A stretch of 64,000 nucleotides of DNA from Gammaproteobacteria bacterium (GTDB lineage: Bacteria > Pseudomonadota > Gammaproteobacteria > JAJPIJ01). Location of the stretch: positions 152,423 through 216,422 of the forward strand of contig JAJVIQ010000021.1 in the NCBI GenBank assembly GCA_022071965.1, read 5' to 3'. This document shows, in pieces, positions 20,214 to 30,149 of this stretch (position 1 is the stretch's first letter; every line of letters begins with the position of its first letter). The translations under genes and the position numbers were made by a program. Below the pieces are notes generated by a model. It ran no database searches and was not told where the DNA came from. It saw only the letters and a list, made by a program, of their open reading frames with translations.

Positions 20214-21004
20214 AGGAATATCTGGACTTGTTGCGCCACGTGCGCACACAGGGTGTGCGAAAACACGATCGCACCGGCACCGGTACGCTCAGTGTCTTCG
20301 GCTACCAGATGCGCATCGATCTCGCGCGCGGATTCCCGCTGCTCACGACCAAGAGGCTGCATCTGAAGTCGATCCTCCACGAGCTGCTCTGGTTCCTCCG
20401 CGGCGACACCAATGTGCGCTACCTGCAGGAGCACGGCGTCACGATCTGGGACGAATGGGCCGCCGCGAATGGGGAGCTCGGTCCGGTCTACGGCAAGCAG
20501 TGGCGGCGATGGGAGGCCGCCGACGGGCGGGTCATCGATCAGATCTCCGAGGTGGTCGATCGCATCAGACACGATCCGGATTCCAGGCGGCTCATCGTCA
20601 GCGCGTGGAACCCCGGAGAGATCGACCGCATGGCGCTGGCGCCCTGCCATGCGTTCTTCCAGTTCTACGTTGCCGAGGGCAGGTTGTCCTGCCAGCTCTA
20701 CCAGCGCAGCGCGGACATATTCCTCGGGGTTCCGTTCAATATCGCCTCCTATGCGCTGCTGCTGATGATGGTCGCGCACGTGACCGATCTGCGGCCCGGT
20801 GAATTCATCCATACCTTCGGCGACGCGCACATCTACCTCAATCACCTCGGGCAGGTCGACCTGCAGCTCAGCCGCGCGCCCCGCACACTGCCGGTCATGC
20901 GTCTTTGCCGGGCGGTGAAGTCCATCCTCGAGTTCCGCTACGAGGATTTCGAGCTGTGCGACTACGATCCGTATCCCTCCATCGCCGCGCCGATAGCGGT
21001 TTGA
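20210..21004 (+). CDS. thyA: Thymidylate synthase
   Basis: A GTG start overlaps the lgt TGA stop (GTGA). The sequence '[38 protein letters not shown]...' aligns with E. coli ThyA '[31 protein letters not shown]'. The product is 264 aa. An in-frame ATG at 20162 is the alternative start. Confidence 0.9.
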   Translation: MKEYLDLLRHVRTQGVRKHDRTGTGTLSVFGYQMRIDLARGFPLLTTKRLHLKSILHELLWFLRGDTNVRYLQEHGVTIWDEWAAANGELGPVYGKQWRRWEAADGRVIDQISEVVDRIRHDPDSRRLIVSAWNPGEIDRMALAPCHAFFQFYVAEGRLSCQLYQRSADIFLGVPFNIASYALLLMMVAHVTDLRPGEFIHTFGDAHIYLNHLGQVDLQLSRAPRTLPVMRLCRAVKSILEFRYEDFELCDYDPYPSIAAPIAV

Positions 21005-21011
21005 ATCGGGC

Positions 21012-21509
21012 ATGACGCGTCCCGAAATCGCGATAGTGGTCGCGATGGACCGCAATCACGTCATCGGTCGCGAGGGCGGCCTGCCCTGGCACCTGCCCGG
21101 CGATCTGCAGCATTTCAAACGCCTGACCATGGGCCGGCCGATCATCATGGGGAGGCGGACTCACGCCTCGCTCGGCCGGCCGCTGCCCGGCCGCGACAAC
21201 ATCGTCGTCACCGGCAATCCGGCCTACCTCGCCCCCGGGTGCTCGATCGCGCGTTCCCTGGAGGAGGCCATGAGCCTGGCGGACGATGCGCCGATGGCGT
21301 GCGTCATCGGCGGAGCGGCGCTTTATCGCGAGGCCCTGCCGTTGGCAAACCGGATATACCTCACGGAAGTTCACGCCGTTGCCCGCGGCGATGTGCGGTT
21401 TCCGCGCTTCGATCGCGCGCGTTGGCGCGAGGTGGCGCGTGAATATCACTCCGCCGACGAGCGCAATCCACATGCGCACAGCTTCGTCGAGCTGGTGCGC
21501 ACCGTCTGA
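21012..21509 (+). CDS. folA: Dihydrofolate reductase
   Basis: The N-terminus reads 'IAIVVAMDRNHVIGREGGLPWHLPGDLQHFKRLTMGRPIIMGRRTHASLGRPLPGRDNIVVT'. Confidence 0.9.
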   Translation: MTRPEIAIVVAMDRNHVIGREGGLPWHLPGDLQHFKRLTMGRPIIMGRRTHASLGRPLPGRDNIVVTGNPAYLAPGCSIARSLEEAMSLADDAPMACVIGGAALYREALPLANRIYLTEVHAVARGDVRFPRFDRARWREVAREYHSADERNPHAHSFVELVRTV

Positions 21510-21533
21510 CCGCCGGGGCGGAGAACGGCACGC

Positions 21534-22433
21534 TTGCTCGATCTCGACGCGATCGCGCGCAGCCACCGGGCGCCCATCTTCTCCCTGCTTGCAGGCGCCT
21601 GCATGTGGGGACTTACGTGGTGGCCGATGCGCGTGCTCCGCGACCTCGGCCTCAGCGGCCCATGGCTCACGGTCGTGAGCAGCGCGGCCGCCGCGTTGCT
21701 GCTCCTGCCGTGGGCGCTTGGGCAGCGCCAGCGCTGGCCGTCGCACCATGCGGCACTGCTGGTGATAGCGCTCTGCGGCGGCTATGCGAACCTCGCATAC
21801 AACGCGGCGATGATCGGCGGCAACCCGCTGCGCGTAATGCTGTTGTTTTATCTCGCGCCGATCTGGGCGATGCTTGGCGCGCAGGTCTTCCTGGGCGAGC
21901 GCATTGATGCCGCGCGGGTCGCCGCCGTGGCGATCGCGGTGGCCGGTGCCCTGCTGATCCTGGGGGGACCGGAATTGCTGAAGAACCCGCCGGCACTGAT
22001 CGATCTGCTGGCGATCAGCGCCGGGCTGACCTATGCGATGAACAATCTCGCATATCGCAGCGCGGAGTCGGTGCCGGTGGCGAGCAAGAACTTCATCATG
22101 CTCGTCGGGGCGGTGATGCTCGCCGCGCCATGCCTGTCCCTGTTCCCCGGGCCCGCGAATCCCGCGGGCGGCGACTGGTGGGCGTGCGTCGCCTTCGGGG
22201 TGCTCTGGCTGATCCCCGCGGTGGGGTTGACCCAATTCGGTGTCGCCCACATGGCGGCAGGCCGCTTTGCCGTTCTTCTTTGGAATCAAATGCTTCGATC
22301 GCGGCACGGGGTCTGCGGGTCGGGTCGTAGGCGACGGTGGCTCTGCCCGGGTTCCGTGGGAGTGCAGAGGCCTGGGAGCCGCTGCCGGCGCCACCGCCCT
22401 TTCTTCCCTGCACGTCGTACCCGACCGGCATGA
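21534..22433 (+). CDS. DMT-superfamily (EamA-like) transporter; the 3' end appears degenerate (last ~50 codons are Arg-rich and non-membrane)
   Basis: Eight or nine TM helices of EamA type are predicted up to about residue 245 ('...WWACVAFGVLWLIPAVGLTQFGVAHMAAGRFAVLLW'). The sequence then reads 'NQMLRSRHGVCGSGRRRRW...'. Confidence 0.6.
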   Translation: MLDLDAIARSHRAPIFSLLAGACMWGLTWWPMRVLRDLGLSGPWLTVVSSAAAALLLLPWALGQRQRWPSHHAALLVIALCGGYANLAYNAAMIGGNPLRVMLLFYLAPIWAMLGAQVFLGERIDAARVAAVAIAVAGALLILGGPELLKNPPALIDLLAISAGLTYAMNNLAYRSAESVPVASKNFIMLVGAVMLAAPCLSLFPGPANPAGGDWWACVAFGVLWLIPAVGLTQFGVAHMAAGRFAVLLWNQMLRSRHGVCGSGRRRRWLCPGSVGVQRPGSRCRRHRPFFPARRTRPA

Positions 22434-22535
22434 CAGCGTGCCCGCGCAAGCCACCGCCCTTGCTTCCCTGCACCGCGGGCGTCGGTCGGTCTCGCCGGGG
22501 CCGGGGCACGGTGCCGGCATGACGAAAAGAGCCGT
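22386..22535. repeat. Imperfect tandem direct repeat (two copies)
   Basis: Copy 1 is 'gccaccgccctttcttccctgcacg...ccggcatgacagcgtgcccgc'. Copy 2 is 'gccaccgcccttgcttccctgcaccg...ccggcatgacgaaaagagccgtcgcccgc'. Confidence 0.4.
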
Positions 22536-22688
22536 CGCCCGCGGCCGGCGGCGCAGGCCGCCGCTCGTCGAGGAGGTCGGACCTGCCGGTGGCAGCCCGC
22601 CGCTCCGCATGGCGCATCGGCCACCATGCTTGGCGTCCGGCAGGGCTGATACACTAGCCGCCGATGACCAATCGGTAACCTCGCTGCC

Positions 22689-24434
22689 ATGTCACAGCCG
22701 GAATTGCCCATCCTGCCGACCGCGGACCCATCGGCGTCGTTGCTCGCACGCGGGGAGGCGGCGGCGGCATTGGCGCTGCGCCTGGTCGGGATCGGCACCT
22801 GGGAAGTCCTGCCCGACGGCACGGCGGACATCGATGCGTGGCCGATGCGCTGGTCGATGGAGACCTGCCGGCTGCTGGGAATCGAGCCGACCGAGGAGCT
22901 GCAGTGGCGCGGCACACTGCGCCGCTCGATCGTCGCGGAAGACGTGATGGCTCGCGACGCCATTGCCGATCCCGCGTGGCGCCAGCGGCGCCCGTACACG
23001 GCCGAGTACCGGGTGCTGCGGCCGGACGGGGTCGTGCGCAATATCGTCGAACAGGCACATGTCTTCTGCGACCCCGTCGATGGCACGGAACGCATCTTCG
23101 GGATCCTGCAGGACATCACCGATCGCCGCCAGGCAGACCAGGCGCTGCGCGGATACAACCTGCTGTTGCGCGGCATCACGCGTGCCCAGTCCCGCCTGAT
23201 TGCGGGCCGCTCCAGGCAGGAGACGTTCGGCGAGCTGTTGACCTGCCTGCTCAACTACACCGGCAGCGAGTTCGGATTCATCGGCGAGCGTCTGGGCGTG
23301 TACGAACGGGCCGAGCAGTTGCAGCTTTGCGCGACCGCCGGCACGGGGTGGGACACGCCGATCAGGGACTTTTACGCCGGTCACGAGCAAAGCCGCATCA
23401 CGCTCGGCGACTGGGCCGGCGTGCTGGGACTGAAGGACGGGCCATTCCTCTGCAACACGCCCGATCCGGCGGATGGAACGTGCGATCTGCTTCCCGGCCA
23501 TCCCCCGGTGAACAACTACATGCTGATCCCGTTCGCGCACGACTATGGCGCCCGCGGTGTCATCGGGCTGGCCAACGCGCCATCCGGATACGGTCCGCGG
23601 CTGCCGGGGCGGCTCGATGCGGTATTGAACACCTGCGCCTCGCTCATCTGGGCGTACGCTGCAAATGAGCGGCGTCAGCGGGCGGAGGCCGAGCTGGTCT
23701 CGTTGAACGCGGAGCTCGAGCAGCGCATTCGGAGGCGCACGACCGAGCTGGAGGCGGCGAACGGCGAGCTGGAGAGCTTCAGCTACTCGGTGTCCCACGA
23801 TCTGCGCGCCCCCCTGCGTGGTATCGACGGCTGGAGCCTCGCACTCATCGAGGATTACGGGCCGAGACTGCCCGAGCAGGCGCAAGGCTACCTGCGGCAG
23901 GTGAGGGAAGAGGTCCAGCAGATGGGACGCCTCATCGAGGATCTGCTGGAGATGTCGCGGGTCACGCGCGTGGATCTCGCCACCCGGCCTGTCGATCTCG
24001 CCGCCATGGCGGCGCGGATCGTCGAAGGGTTGTGCCGCCAGTATCCGGCCAGGGACGTGGATTTCGCCTCCCCGGCCGATCTGAAGGCGAACGGCGACCC
24101 GGGACTGCTGCGCGTGGTACTGCAGAACCTCCTGGACAACGCCTGGAAGTTCACCGCCGGGCGTTCGCCGGCGCGCGTCGAGCTCGGCGCCCGGGCGACA
24201 CTGAATGAAACCGTCTACTATGTCGCGGACAACGGCGCCGGTTTCGACATGAACTACGCAGGCAAGCTGTTCAGCCCGTTCCGGCGACTGCACCGGCAGA
24301 GCGAGTTCCCCGGCACCGGCGTTGGACTGGCGACAGTGCAGAGGATCGTCCGCCGTCACGGCGGCAGGATCTGGGCCGAGTCGGCGCCCGGCAAGGGGGC
24401 GACATTCTTTTTCACACTTGCGAGCGGCACGTGA
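22689..24434 (+). CDS. Sensor histidine kinase (PAS - GAF-like - HisKA - HATPase_c)
   Basis: The H-box reads 'FSYSVSHDLRAPLRGIDGWS'. N-, G1- and G2-box motifs include 'LLDNAWKFT', 'DNGAGFD' and 'GTGVGLATVQRIVRRHGG'. Confidence 0.85.
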   Translation: MSQPELPILPTADPSASLLARGEAAAALALRLVGIGTWEVLPDGTADIDAWPMRWSMETCRLLGIEPTEELQWRGTLRRSIVAEDVMARDAIADPAWRQRRPYTAEYRVLRPDGVVRNIVEQAHVFCDPVDGTERIFGILQDITDRRQADQALRGYNLLLRGITRAQSRLIAGRSRQETFGELLTCLLNYTGSEFGFIGERLGVYERAEQLQLCATAGTGWDTPIRDFYAGHEQSRITLGDWAGVLGLKDGPFLCNTPDPADGTCDLLPGHPPVNNYMLIPFAHDYGARGVIGLANAPSGYGPRLPGRLDAVLNTCASLIWAYAANERRQRAEAELVSLNAELEQRIRRRTTELEAANGELESFSYSVSHDLRAPLRGIDGWSLALIEDYGPRLPEQAQGYLRQVREEVQQMGRLIEDLLEMSRVTRVDLATRPVDLAAMAARIVEGLCRQYPARDVDFASPADLKANGDPGLLRVVLQNLLDNAWKFTAGRSPARVELGARATLNETVYYVADNGAGFDMNYAGKLFSPFRRLHRQSEFPGTGVGLATVQRIVRRHGGRIWAESAPGKGATFFFTLASGT

Positions 24435-24883
24435 ACACGGAACGAACGATCCTGCTGGTCGAGGACAATCCCAGCGACGTGGAGCTGACGCGGCGGGCGC
24501 TGGCCCGCAAGCAGATCAGCAATTCCATGGTTGTTGCCAACGATGGCGAGGAGGCGCTCGAGATGCTGACCGCCCGTGAGTCTCACCGGCGCGTCTGCCC
24601 CGCGGTCATCCTGCTCGATCTGAATCTCCCGAAGGTGAGCGGACTCGAGGTCCTGCGCCGTCTGCGCGCCGACGCGAAGACCAGGCTGATCCCGGTGGTG
24701 GTGCTGACGACCTCCAACGAGGAGCGCGACATCACGAGCAGCTACGCGCTGGGCGCCAACAGCTATATCCGCAAGTCGATCGATTTCGTCGCATTCGCGG
24801 ATACCATTGCGCAGCTCGGCCGCTACTGGCTGACCATCAACGAACCGCCGCCCGCGCAGGCGCTCAACGGCGTTGTGAATTGA
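24431..24883 (+). CDS. Stand-alone receiver-domain response regulator (CheY-like, no output domain)
   Basis: The receiver reads 'ILLVEDNPSDVELT...VILLDLNLPKVSGLEVLRRLRAD...PVVVLTTS'. A GTG start overlaps the kinase stop codon (GTGA). Confidence 0.8.
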   Translation: MNTERTILLVEDNPSDVELTRRALARKQISNSMVVANDGEEALEMLTARESHRRVCPAVILLDLNLPKVSGLEVLRRLRADAKTRLIPVVVLTTSNEERDITSSYALGANSYIRKSIDFVAFADTIAQLGRYWLTINEPPPAQALNGVVN

Positions 24884-25051
24884 TCCGCGGTGCCGGCGGG
24901 TGCCACTGGTGCCGCGCCCGGGCATCCCCTAACATTGGCATGGCTCGGGTGCCCCCTCATCCTCTTCCGGCGTCTTTACGCCGGGTACGACGATCCCAGG
25001 CTGGCACCCGGGCTTCTCGGTCTTCCTCTCCGCTCGCGTGCACGGCGTGTT

Positions 25052-25891
25052 TCAGTCGCCGTTCTCCACCCGGGTGTTGCTGGCGACGCTGAACAGCCGC
25101 CCGTCATCCAGGCGGTAGGCCGTCAATCGCCCACCCCACACACAGCCGGTATCCAGGCCGACCACGTTGTGGTCCTCGGTCTGTGCCGGACCAAGGTGCA
25201 AGGTTGCCCAATGGCCGAACAATATGCGCGTGCCACGGCTGGCGCGATCGGGAACCGCGTACCAGGGCAGCAGCTTTGCCGCCTGCGTGCCGGGCGGGCC
25301 CTTGGGCTCGAGATCCACGCGTCCACGACGTGTGCAATAGCGCATGCGCGTGAGGCAGTTGGTGATGAATCGCATCCGGTCGTTACCTGCGAGATCGTCC
25401 GACCACCTGTCCGGTTCGTCGCCATACATGTTGCGGAGGAACTCCTCGCACCGCCCGCCCCGCAGGGCATGTGCCACCTCCGCTGCCCTGTCGAGCGCGT
25501 CCTGCACGCTCCAATGCGGCGGCAGGCCGGCATGAACGAGCAGGGTGTCGTGGAAAGCGTCGTAGTGCAGCAGCGGGCGATGCCGCAGCCACTGCAGGAG
25601 CGGTTCGCGATCCGCCGCGTTCAGGATCTCGGCGAAGGTATCGTGACGGTGAGGCTTGCGGCCGCCCCATGCGCAGGCGAGCAGGTGCAGATCGTGATTG
25701 CCCAGAACGGTGATGGCGCGGTCGCCCAGTGAATGCGCGAATCGCAGCACCGCGAGTGAATCGGGGCCGCGGTTGACGAGATCGCCAGCGAACCACAGTG
25801 TGTCCATGGCGGGGTCGAAGCGCACCGCCGCGAGCAGCCGCTGCAACTCCTCGAAGCAGCCCTGCACATCCCCAATGGCATGGATCGCCAC
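25052..25891 (-). CDS. apaH: Bis(5'-nucleosyl)-tetraphosphatase, symmetrical
   Basis: The N-terminus reads 'MAIHAIGDVQGCFEELQRLLAAVRFDPAMDTLWFAGDLVNRGPDSLAVLRF...GNHDLHLL'. Confidence 0.9.
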   Translation of the reverse strand: MAIHAIGDVQGCFEELQRLLAAVRFDPAMDTLWFAGDLVNRGPDSLAVLRFAHSLGDRAITVLGNHDLHLLACAWGGRKPHRHDTFAEILNAADREPLLQWLRHRPLLHYDAFHDTLLVHAGLPPHWSVQDALDRAAEVAHALRGGRCEEFLRNMYGDEPDRWSDDLAGNDRMRFITNCLTRMRYCTRRGRVDLEPKGPPGTQAAKLLPWYAVPDRASRGTRILFGHWATLHLGPAQTEDHNVVGLDTGCVWGGRLTAYRLDDGRLFSVASNTRVENGD

Positions 25892-25920
25892 CCCCTGGCC
25901 CCGCGGCGTCGCCTTGCGGC

Positions 25921-26298
25921 CTAGTGGAAGATCTGGGACGCGGCCAGCCGGAACGGGGCGATCGGCGCGTCAAAGGCCACGCCGTCGTCGCCGATCATCT
26001 GATAGCTGCCGTGCATGGTCCCGACCGGCGTCTCGATGGCCGCCGCGCTGGTGTATCGGAAGGCCTCCCCCGGCGCGAGATGCGGGTGTTGCCCTACCAC
26101 GCCCGGCCCGCGCACCTCTTCGATCCGGCCGTTGGCATCCGTGATCACCCAATGCCGCGACTGCAGGCGTGCACGCACGGTTCCGGTGTTGCGCATGGTG
26201 ATGGTGTAGGCAAACACGTACCGCCCGTCATCCGGCGAGGACTGTTCCTCGACGTAGGTGGTTTCCACCGTAACCGACAATGCGTGTGCATCGCTCAT
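25921..26298 (-). CDS. apaG: ApaG (DUF525) protein
   Basis: The protein is 125 aa ('MSDAHALSVTVETTYVEEQSSPDDGRYVFAYTITMRNTG...') and lies immediately upstream of apaH as in the conserved apaG-apaH pair. The longer ORF-track start at 26541 is Arg-rich. Confidence 0.85.
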   Translation of the reverse strand: MSDAHALSVTVETTYVEEQSSPDDGRYVFAYTITMRNTGTVRARLQSRHWVITDANGRIEEVRGPGVVGQHPHLAPGEAFRYTSAAAIETPVGTMHGSYQMIGDDGVAFDAPIAPFRLAASQIFH

Positions 26299-26435
26299 GG
26301 GACGGTGCCAGCGCCTACCGCCCGGGCCGCGACAGGTTGATGAAGGACATCGCGCTGACCGGGTCCCACGATGACGTAGGAGTACAGCAACAGGAGCACA
26401 ACGATGATGACGAGAAGCAGTTTCAGGGCGCGCAT
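26295..26435 (-). CDS. Putative 46-aa single-TM membrane peptide translationally coupled (ATGA) to apaG
   Basis: The peptide begins 'MRALKLLLVIIVVLLLLYSYVIVGP...'. A GGGAGGGG element lies about 10 nt upstream of the ATG. Its stop overlaps the apaG start. Confidence 0.35.
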   Translation of the reverse strand: MRALKLLLVIIVVLLLLYSYVIVGPGQRDVLHQPVAARAVGAGTVP

Positions 26436-26632
26436 CGCGTAATTTCCCCTCCCGGATCCGCCCGTCGGCGGCTGGCGGAACATATCCCGGACGGCCCCTG
26501 GGTTCATCGGCGCAAGTTAGCATAGCGGCCGCCCTGCTCAAAGGGGCGAGGCCCGGCTGGCGAGACGGTCGTTGACGCTGCGGACAGCGAAAAATTAATA
26601 TCGGCTAACGGTCGGCTCCGGCGAGGTCCGCA

Positions 26633-27076
26633 ATGAAAATAAGCACCATCCTCAAGATCAAGGGCGACAAGGTCCACACGGTTCCGGCGCATACGCCGCT
26701 GAAGGGCGTGCTGCGCGACATGCTGGTGCTGCGCGTGGGATCGCTGGTCATCATCGATGCCAACGGCGAGATTGCCGGCATCATGACGGAGCGCGATCTG
26801 CTGCGTATTCTGGCGAAGCTGGGCGCGCACTGGGAAGGCGTCGGGGTGGGAGACGTGATGAGCCGCGACGTGATCCTGGGCAAACCCAATGACACCCTGG
26901 ATCAGGTCATGGCGCTGATGACCGAGCGCCGCATCCGTCATCTGCCGGTGGTCGAGGCGGGGCGCCTGGTGGGCATGCTGTCCATGGGGGACATCATCAA
27001 GGCCTCGCTGACCGAGTCGGCGTTTCAGAACAGGCTGATGAAGTCTTACATCAAGAACTGGCCCGAGGGCGACTGA
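26633..27076 (+). CDS. CBS-pair domain protein
   Basis: There are two CBS motifs: 'VHTVPAHTPLKGVLRDM..VGSLVIID' and 'DVILGKPNDTLDQVMALMTERRIRHLPVV'. Confidence 0.8.
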   Translation: MKISTILKIKGDKVHTVPAHTPLKGVLRDMLVLRVGSLVIIDANGEIAGIMTERDLLRILAKLGAHWEGVGVGDVMSRDVILGKPNDTLDQVMALMTERRIRHLPVVEAGRLVGMLSMGDIIKASLTESAFQNRLMKSYIKNWPEGD

Positions 27077-27133
27077 GCGCCGCCGCAGACGTTGGCGGGA
27101 TCTCCACGCGCCGCTGTCCTCGCAGTCCGCGCG

Positions 27134-27430
27134 CTAGTGGCCGGCCTCGGTCACCGGATTGTCATCCTGGTCGATCATCACCAGGTCGTTGTCGCGAGCG
27201 AAGCCGATGAGGAAATTGAAGATCATCGGATCCTCCTCCTGCAGGCGCGAGTCCACGACCACGCACTTCATATCGCCATTGACCTTGATCTTCACGAGTG
27301 GATTGAACGTCACCTGGCGATTCGGGCCATAGCGCCCGACGGCGTAGTAGAGACGTTCGCACCAATCGCTGGGCCGGAATCTCCTGCCGTCGGCCGTGAC
27401 GCCGCGTATGATGATTTCCTTGATGGCCAT
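27134..27430 (-). CDS. Conserved hypothetical 98-aa protein (possibly DUF3579-like)
   Basis: The composition is balanced and not Arg-rich ('MAIKEIIIRGVTADGRRFRPSDWCERLYY...'). It forms a convergent pair with the CBS gene. Confidence 0.5.
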   Translation of the reverse strand: MAIKEIIIRGVTADGRRFRPSDWCERLYYAVGRYGPNRQVTFNPLVKIKVNGDMKCVVVDSRLQEEDPMIFNFLIGFARDNDLVMIDQDDNPVTEAGH

Positions 27431-27595
27431 CGTTGAACGGATATACCCCGCGTGAGACAGGCTGAAGGCCGCCGCGCGCGACTGCAGTTCGCTCCCACCG
27501 CCTGCACCGGGCCGGGCGCAAGTATACAGTCAGTGTTTGTGCCTTGCAGCAGGTCGTGCCGGCGCGCCGGCGTCGTGGATCGCCGCCGTCAGACC

Positions 27596-29107
27596 TCAGG
27601 CGGATCGCGCGTCGAACTGCCGATAGGCTATCGCCTCGGCAAGATGGGGGGTGAGGATGCGGTCTTCGGAGGCGAGATCGGCGATTGTGCGGGCCACCTT
27701 CAGCACGCGGTGGACCGAACGTGCGGACAACCCAAGTCGGTCCACGGCATTGCTGAGCAGACTTTGCTCGGTCTGCCCGAGCGTGCACAGGCGCTCCACT
27801 TCCCGGTTTGTCATGCAGGCATTGGCCGTGCCGGATCTTTCGATCTGCCGCATTCGCGCGGCTCCCACGCGCGCACGCACGGCGGCGCTGCCTTCACCAG
27901 CCGGTGAGCGGGCGAACAGCTCGGCGTGCTCGATGCCCGGCACCTCCAACTGGATGTCGATGCGATCGAGCAGCGGGCCGGAGATGCGCGATCGGTAGCG
28001 CGCGACCTCACCGGGCGTGCAGCGGCATCGCCCGCGCGGGTCGCCGAGATAGCCGCACGGGCAGGGATTCATCGCCGCAATCAGTTGCATGCGCGCCGGG
28101 AAGCTCGCCTGACGCGCGGCGCGTGATATCGTGACGCGGCCGCTCTCCAGCGGTTCCCGCAATACCTCGAGCACGCGCCGATCGAACTCCGGCAACTCGT
28201 CCAGGAACAGCACGCCGTGGTGCGCCAGGGAGATCTCGCCGGGCCGCGGGTCGCCCCCGCCTCCGACCAGGGCCACCGCCGAGGCGGTGTGATGCGGCTG
28301 ACGAAAGGGCCTCTGGCGCCATGCTCGGGAGTCGAAACCGGAATGGCTGACGGACGCCACCGCCGCCGACTCGACCGCCTCGGCGTCGGTCATGGGCGGC
28401 AACAGGCCCGGCAGGCGCATGGCCAGCATCGTCTTGCCCGAGCCCGGAGGCCCGATCATGAGCATGTTGTGGGCGCCGGCCGCGGCGACCTCGATCGCAC
28501 GCTTGGCATGGGCCTGACCGCGTATGTCGCAGAGGTCAAGCCCGCCACTGCGTGCGGCGGTCTCCTCGGGCTGGCCACGGTGCGGCGTCAGCGGCTGCTC
28601 GCCGTTCAGATGCGCGCAGACATCGAGCAGGTGACCGGCCGGAAGGACCTTCAGACCGCGCACCAGGGCGGCCTCCGCCGCGTTGGGCATCGGAACGATC
28701 AGTGCGCGGCGGGTCCTCGCCGCGGCGATGCTGATGGGAAGGACGCCCGGGACCGGGCGCAATTCGCCGGTAAGCCCGAGCTCGCCGATGAACTCGTACT
28801 GCGGCAGGTGTTCGCAGCGGATCTGGCCCGATGCCGCCAGTATCCCCAGCGCGATCGGCAGGTCGAAGCGGCCGCTGTGCTTGGGCAGGTCGGCGGGGGC
28901 GAGATTGATGGTGAGCCGCTGATAGGGGAATTCGAAGCGGCTGTTCAGCAGCGCACTGCGGACCCGGTCCTTGCTCTCCCTTACCGCGGTCTCGGGCAGG
29001 CCCACGATGGACAGGCTGGGCAGTCCGTTGGACAGATGGACCTCGACGCTGACCGGCGGCGCGTCGATGCCCTGCTGTGCCCTGCTGTGTACGGTTGCGA
29101 TACTCAT
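27596..29107 (-). CDS. YifB/ComM family Mg-chelatase-like AAA+ ATPase
   Basis: There is an N-terminal Lon-like domain ('LSIVGLPETAVRESKDRVRSAL'), a Walker A motif ('MIGPPGSGKTMLA') and an MCM-like core. Confidence 0.9.
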   Translation of the reverse strand: MSIATVHSRAQQGIDAPPVSVEVHLSNGLPSLSIVGLPETAVRESKDRVRSALLNSRFEFPYQRLTINLAPADLPKHSGRFDLPIALGILAASGQIRCEHLPQYEFIGELGLTGELRPVPGVLPISIAAARTRRALIVPMPNAAEAALVRGLKVLPAGHLLDVCAHLNGEQPLTPHRGQPEETAARSGGLDLCDIRGQAHAKRAIEVAAAGAHNMLMIGPPGSGKTMLAMRLPGLLPPMTDAEAVESAAVASVSHSGFDSRAWRQRPFRQPHHTASAVALVGGGGDPRPGEISLAHHGVLFLDELPEFDRRVLEVLREPLESGRVTISRAARQASFPARMQLIAAMNPCPCGYLGDPRGRCRCTPGEVARYRSRISGPLLDRIDIQLEVPGIEHAELFARSPAGEGSAAVRARVGAARMRQIERSGTANACMTNREVERLCTLGQTEQSLLSNAVDRLGLSARSVHRVLKVARTIADLASEDRILTPHLAEAIAYRQFDARSA

Positions 29108-29130
29108 CCCTGAGCACTTTCGCTGCGATC

Positions 29131-29442
29131 CTAGTCGCCCGGCGCAGCCGATTGCCGGGCGAGCGCCTGTTCGAGCACCGCGACCTGTTTCTCCAGTTCC
29201 TCGAGCCGCGCGCGCGTGCGAGCCAGCACGGCGGTCTGCACGTCGAACTCCTCGCGCGTGACCAGATCCATGCTGGCCAGCGCGTTGGTGAGCAAGGTCC
29301 GGAGGTTCTTGCGCAGCTCGGCGGCGGCGGGTCCGCTCATCCGCGGCATCAGCCCCGTGATGCGTTCAATCAGGTTGTCCAGTCGGAGCCTCTCCGTCAC
29401 GGCATAGCGGCCTCGAACACTCTGCGCGCAACTCTCCGCCAT
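29131..29442 (-). CDS. ubiK: UbiK/YqiC (BMFP) family accessory factor
   Basis: The core reads 'LDNLIERITGLMPRMSG...RKNLRTLLTNALASMDLVTREEFDVQTAVLARTRARLEELEKQV'. The start was chosen at the MAES Met and is uncertain. Confidence 0.6.
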   Translation of the reverse strand: MAESCAQSVRGRYAVTERLRLDNLIERITGLMPRMSGPAAAELRKNLRTLLTNALASMDLVTREEFDVQTAVLARTRARLEELEKQVAVLEQALARQSAAPGD

Positions 29443-29574
29443 GCCCTGCCTGCCGTCAATACCGGCGAGGGCGCGCCCCGACACGGGGCCTCGCGAATCT
29501 GTAAGCCCCATTATGGTGCGTCGAGCCCGGATCCTTTCAGCGCGACGAGCATAATATATTGATAAATCGAATAA

Positions 29575-30114
<540 letters not shown>

Positions 30115-30149
30115 CAACCGTCTTGAATCATCGACCCCTGGAGAAAGTC

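Noticed and set aside
19745-21004. 419-aa ORF extending thyA 155 codons upstream through lgt.
   Set aside because: The upstream extension is read out of frame across lgt and is Arg/Ala-rich. ThyA homology begins exactly at the GTG overlapping the lgt stop.
26295-26507. Longer 70-aa version of the small ORF upstream of apaG (start MNPGAV...).
   Set aside because: The N-terminal 24 residues are Arg/Gly-rich and lack an SD. The shorter MRALK start has a GGGAGGGG SD, and even that is kept only at low confidence.
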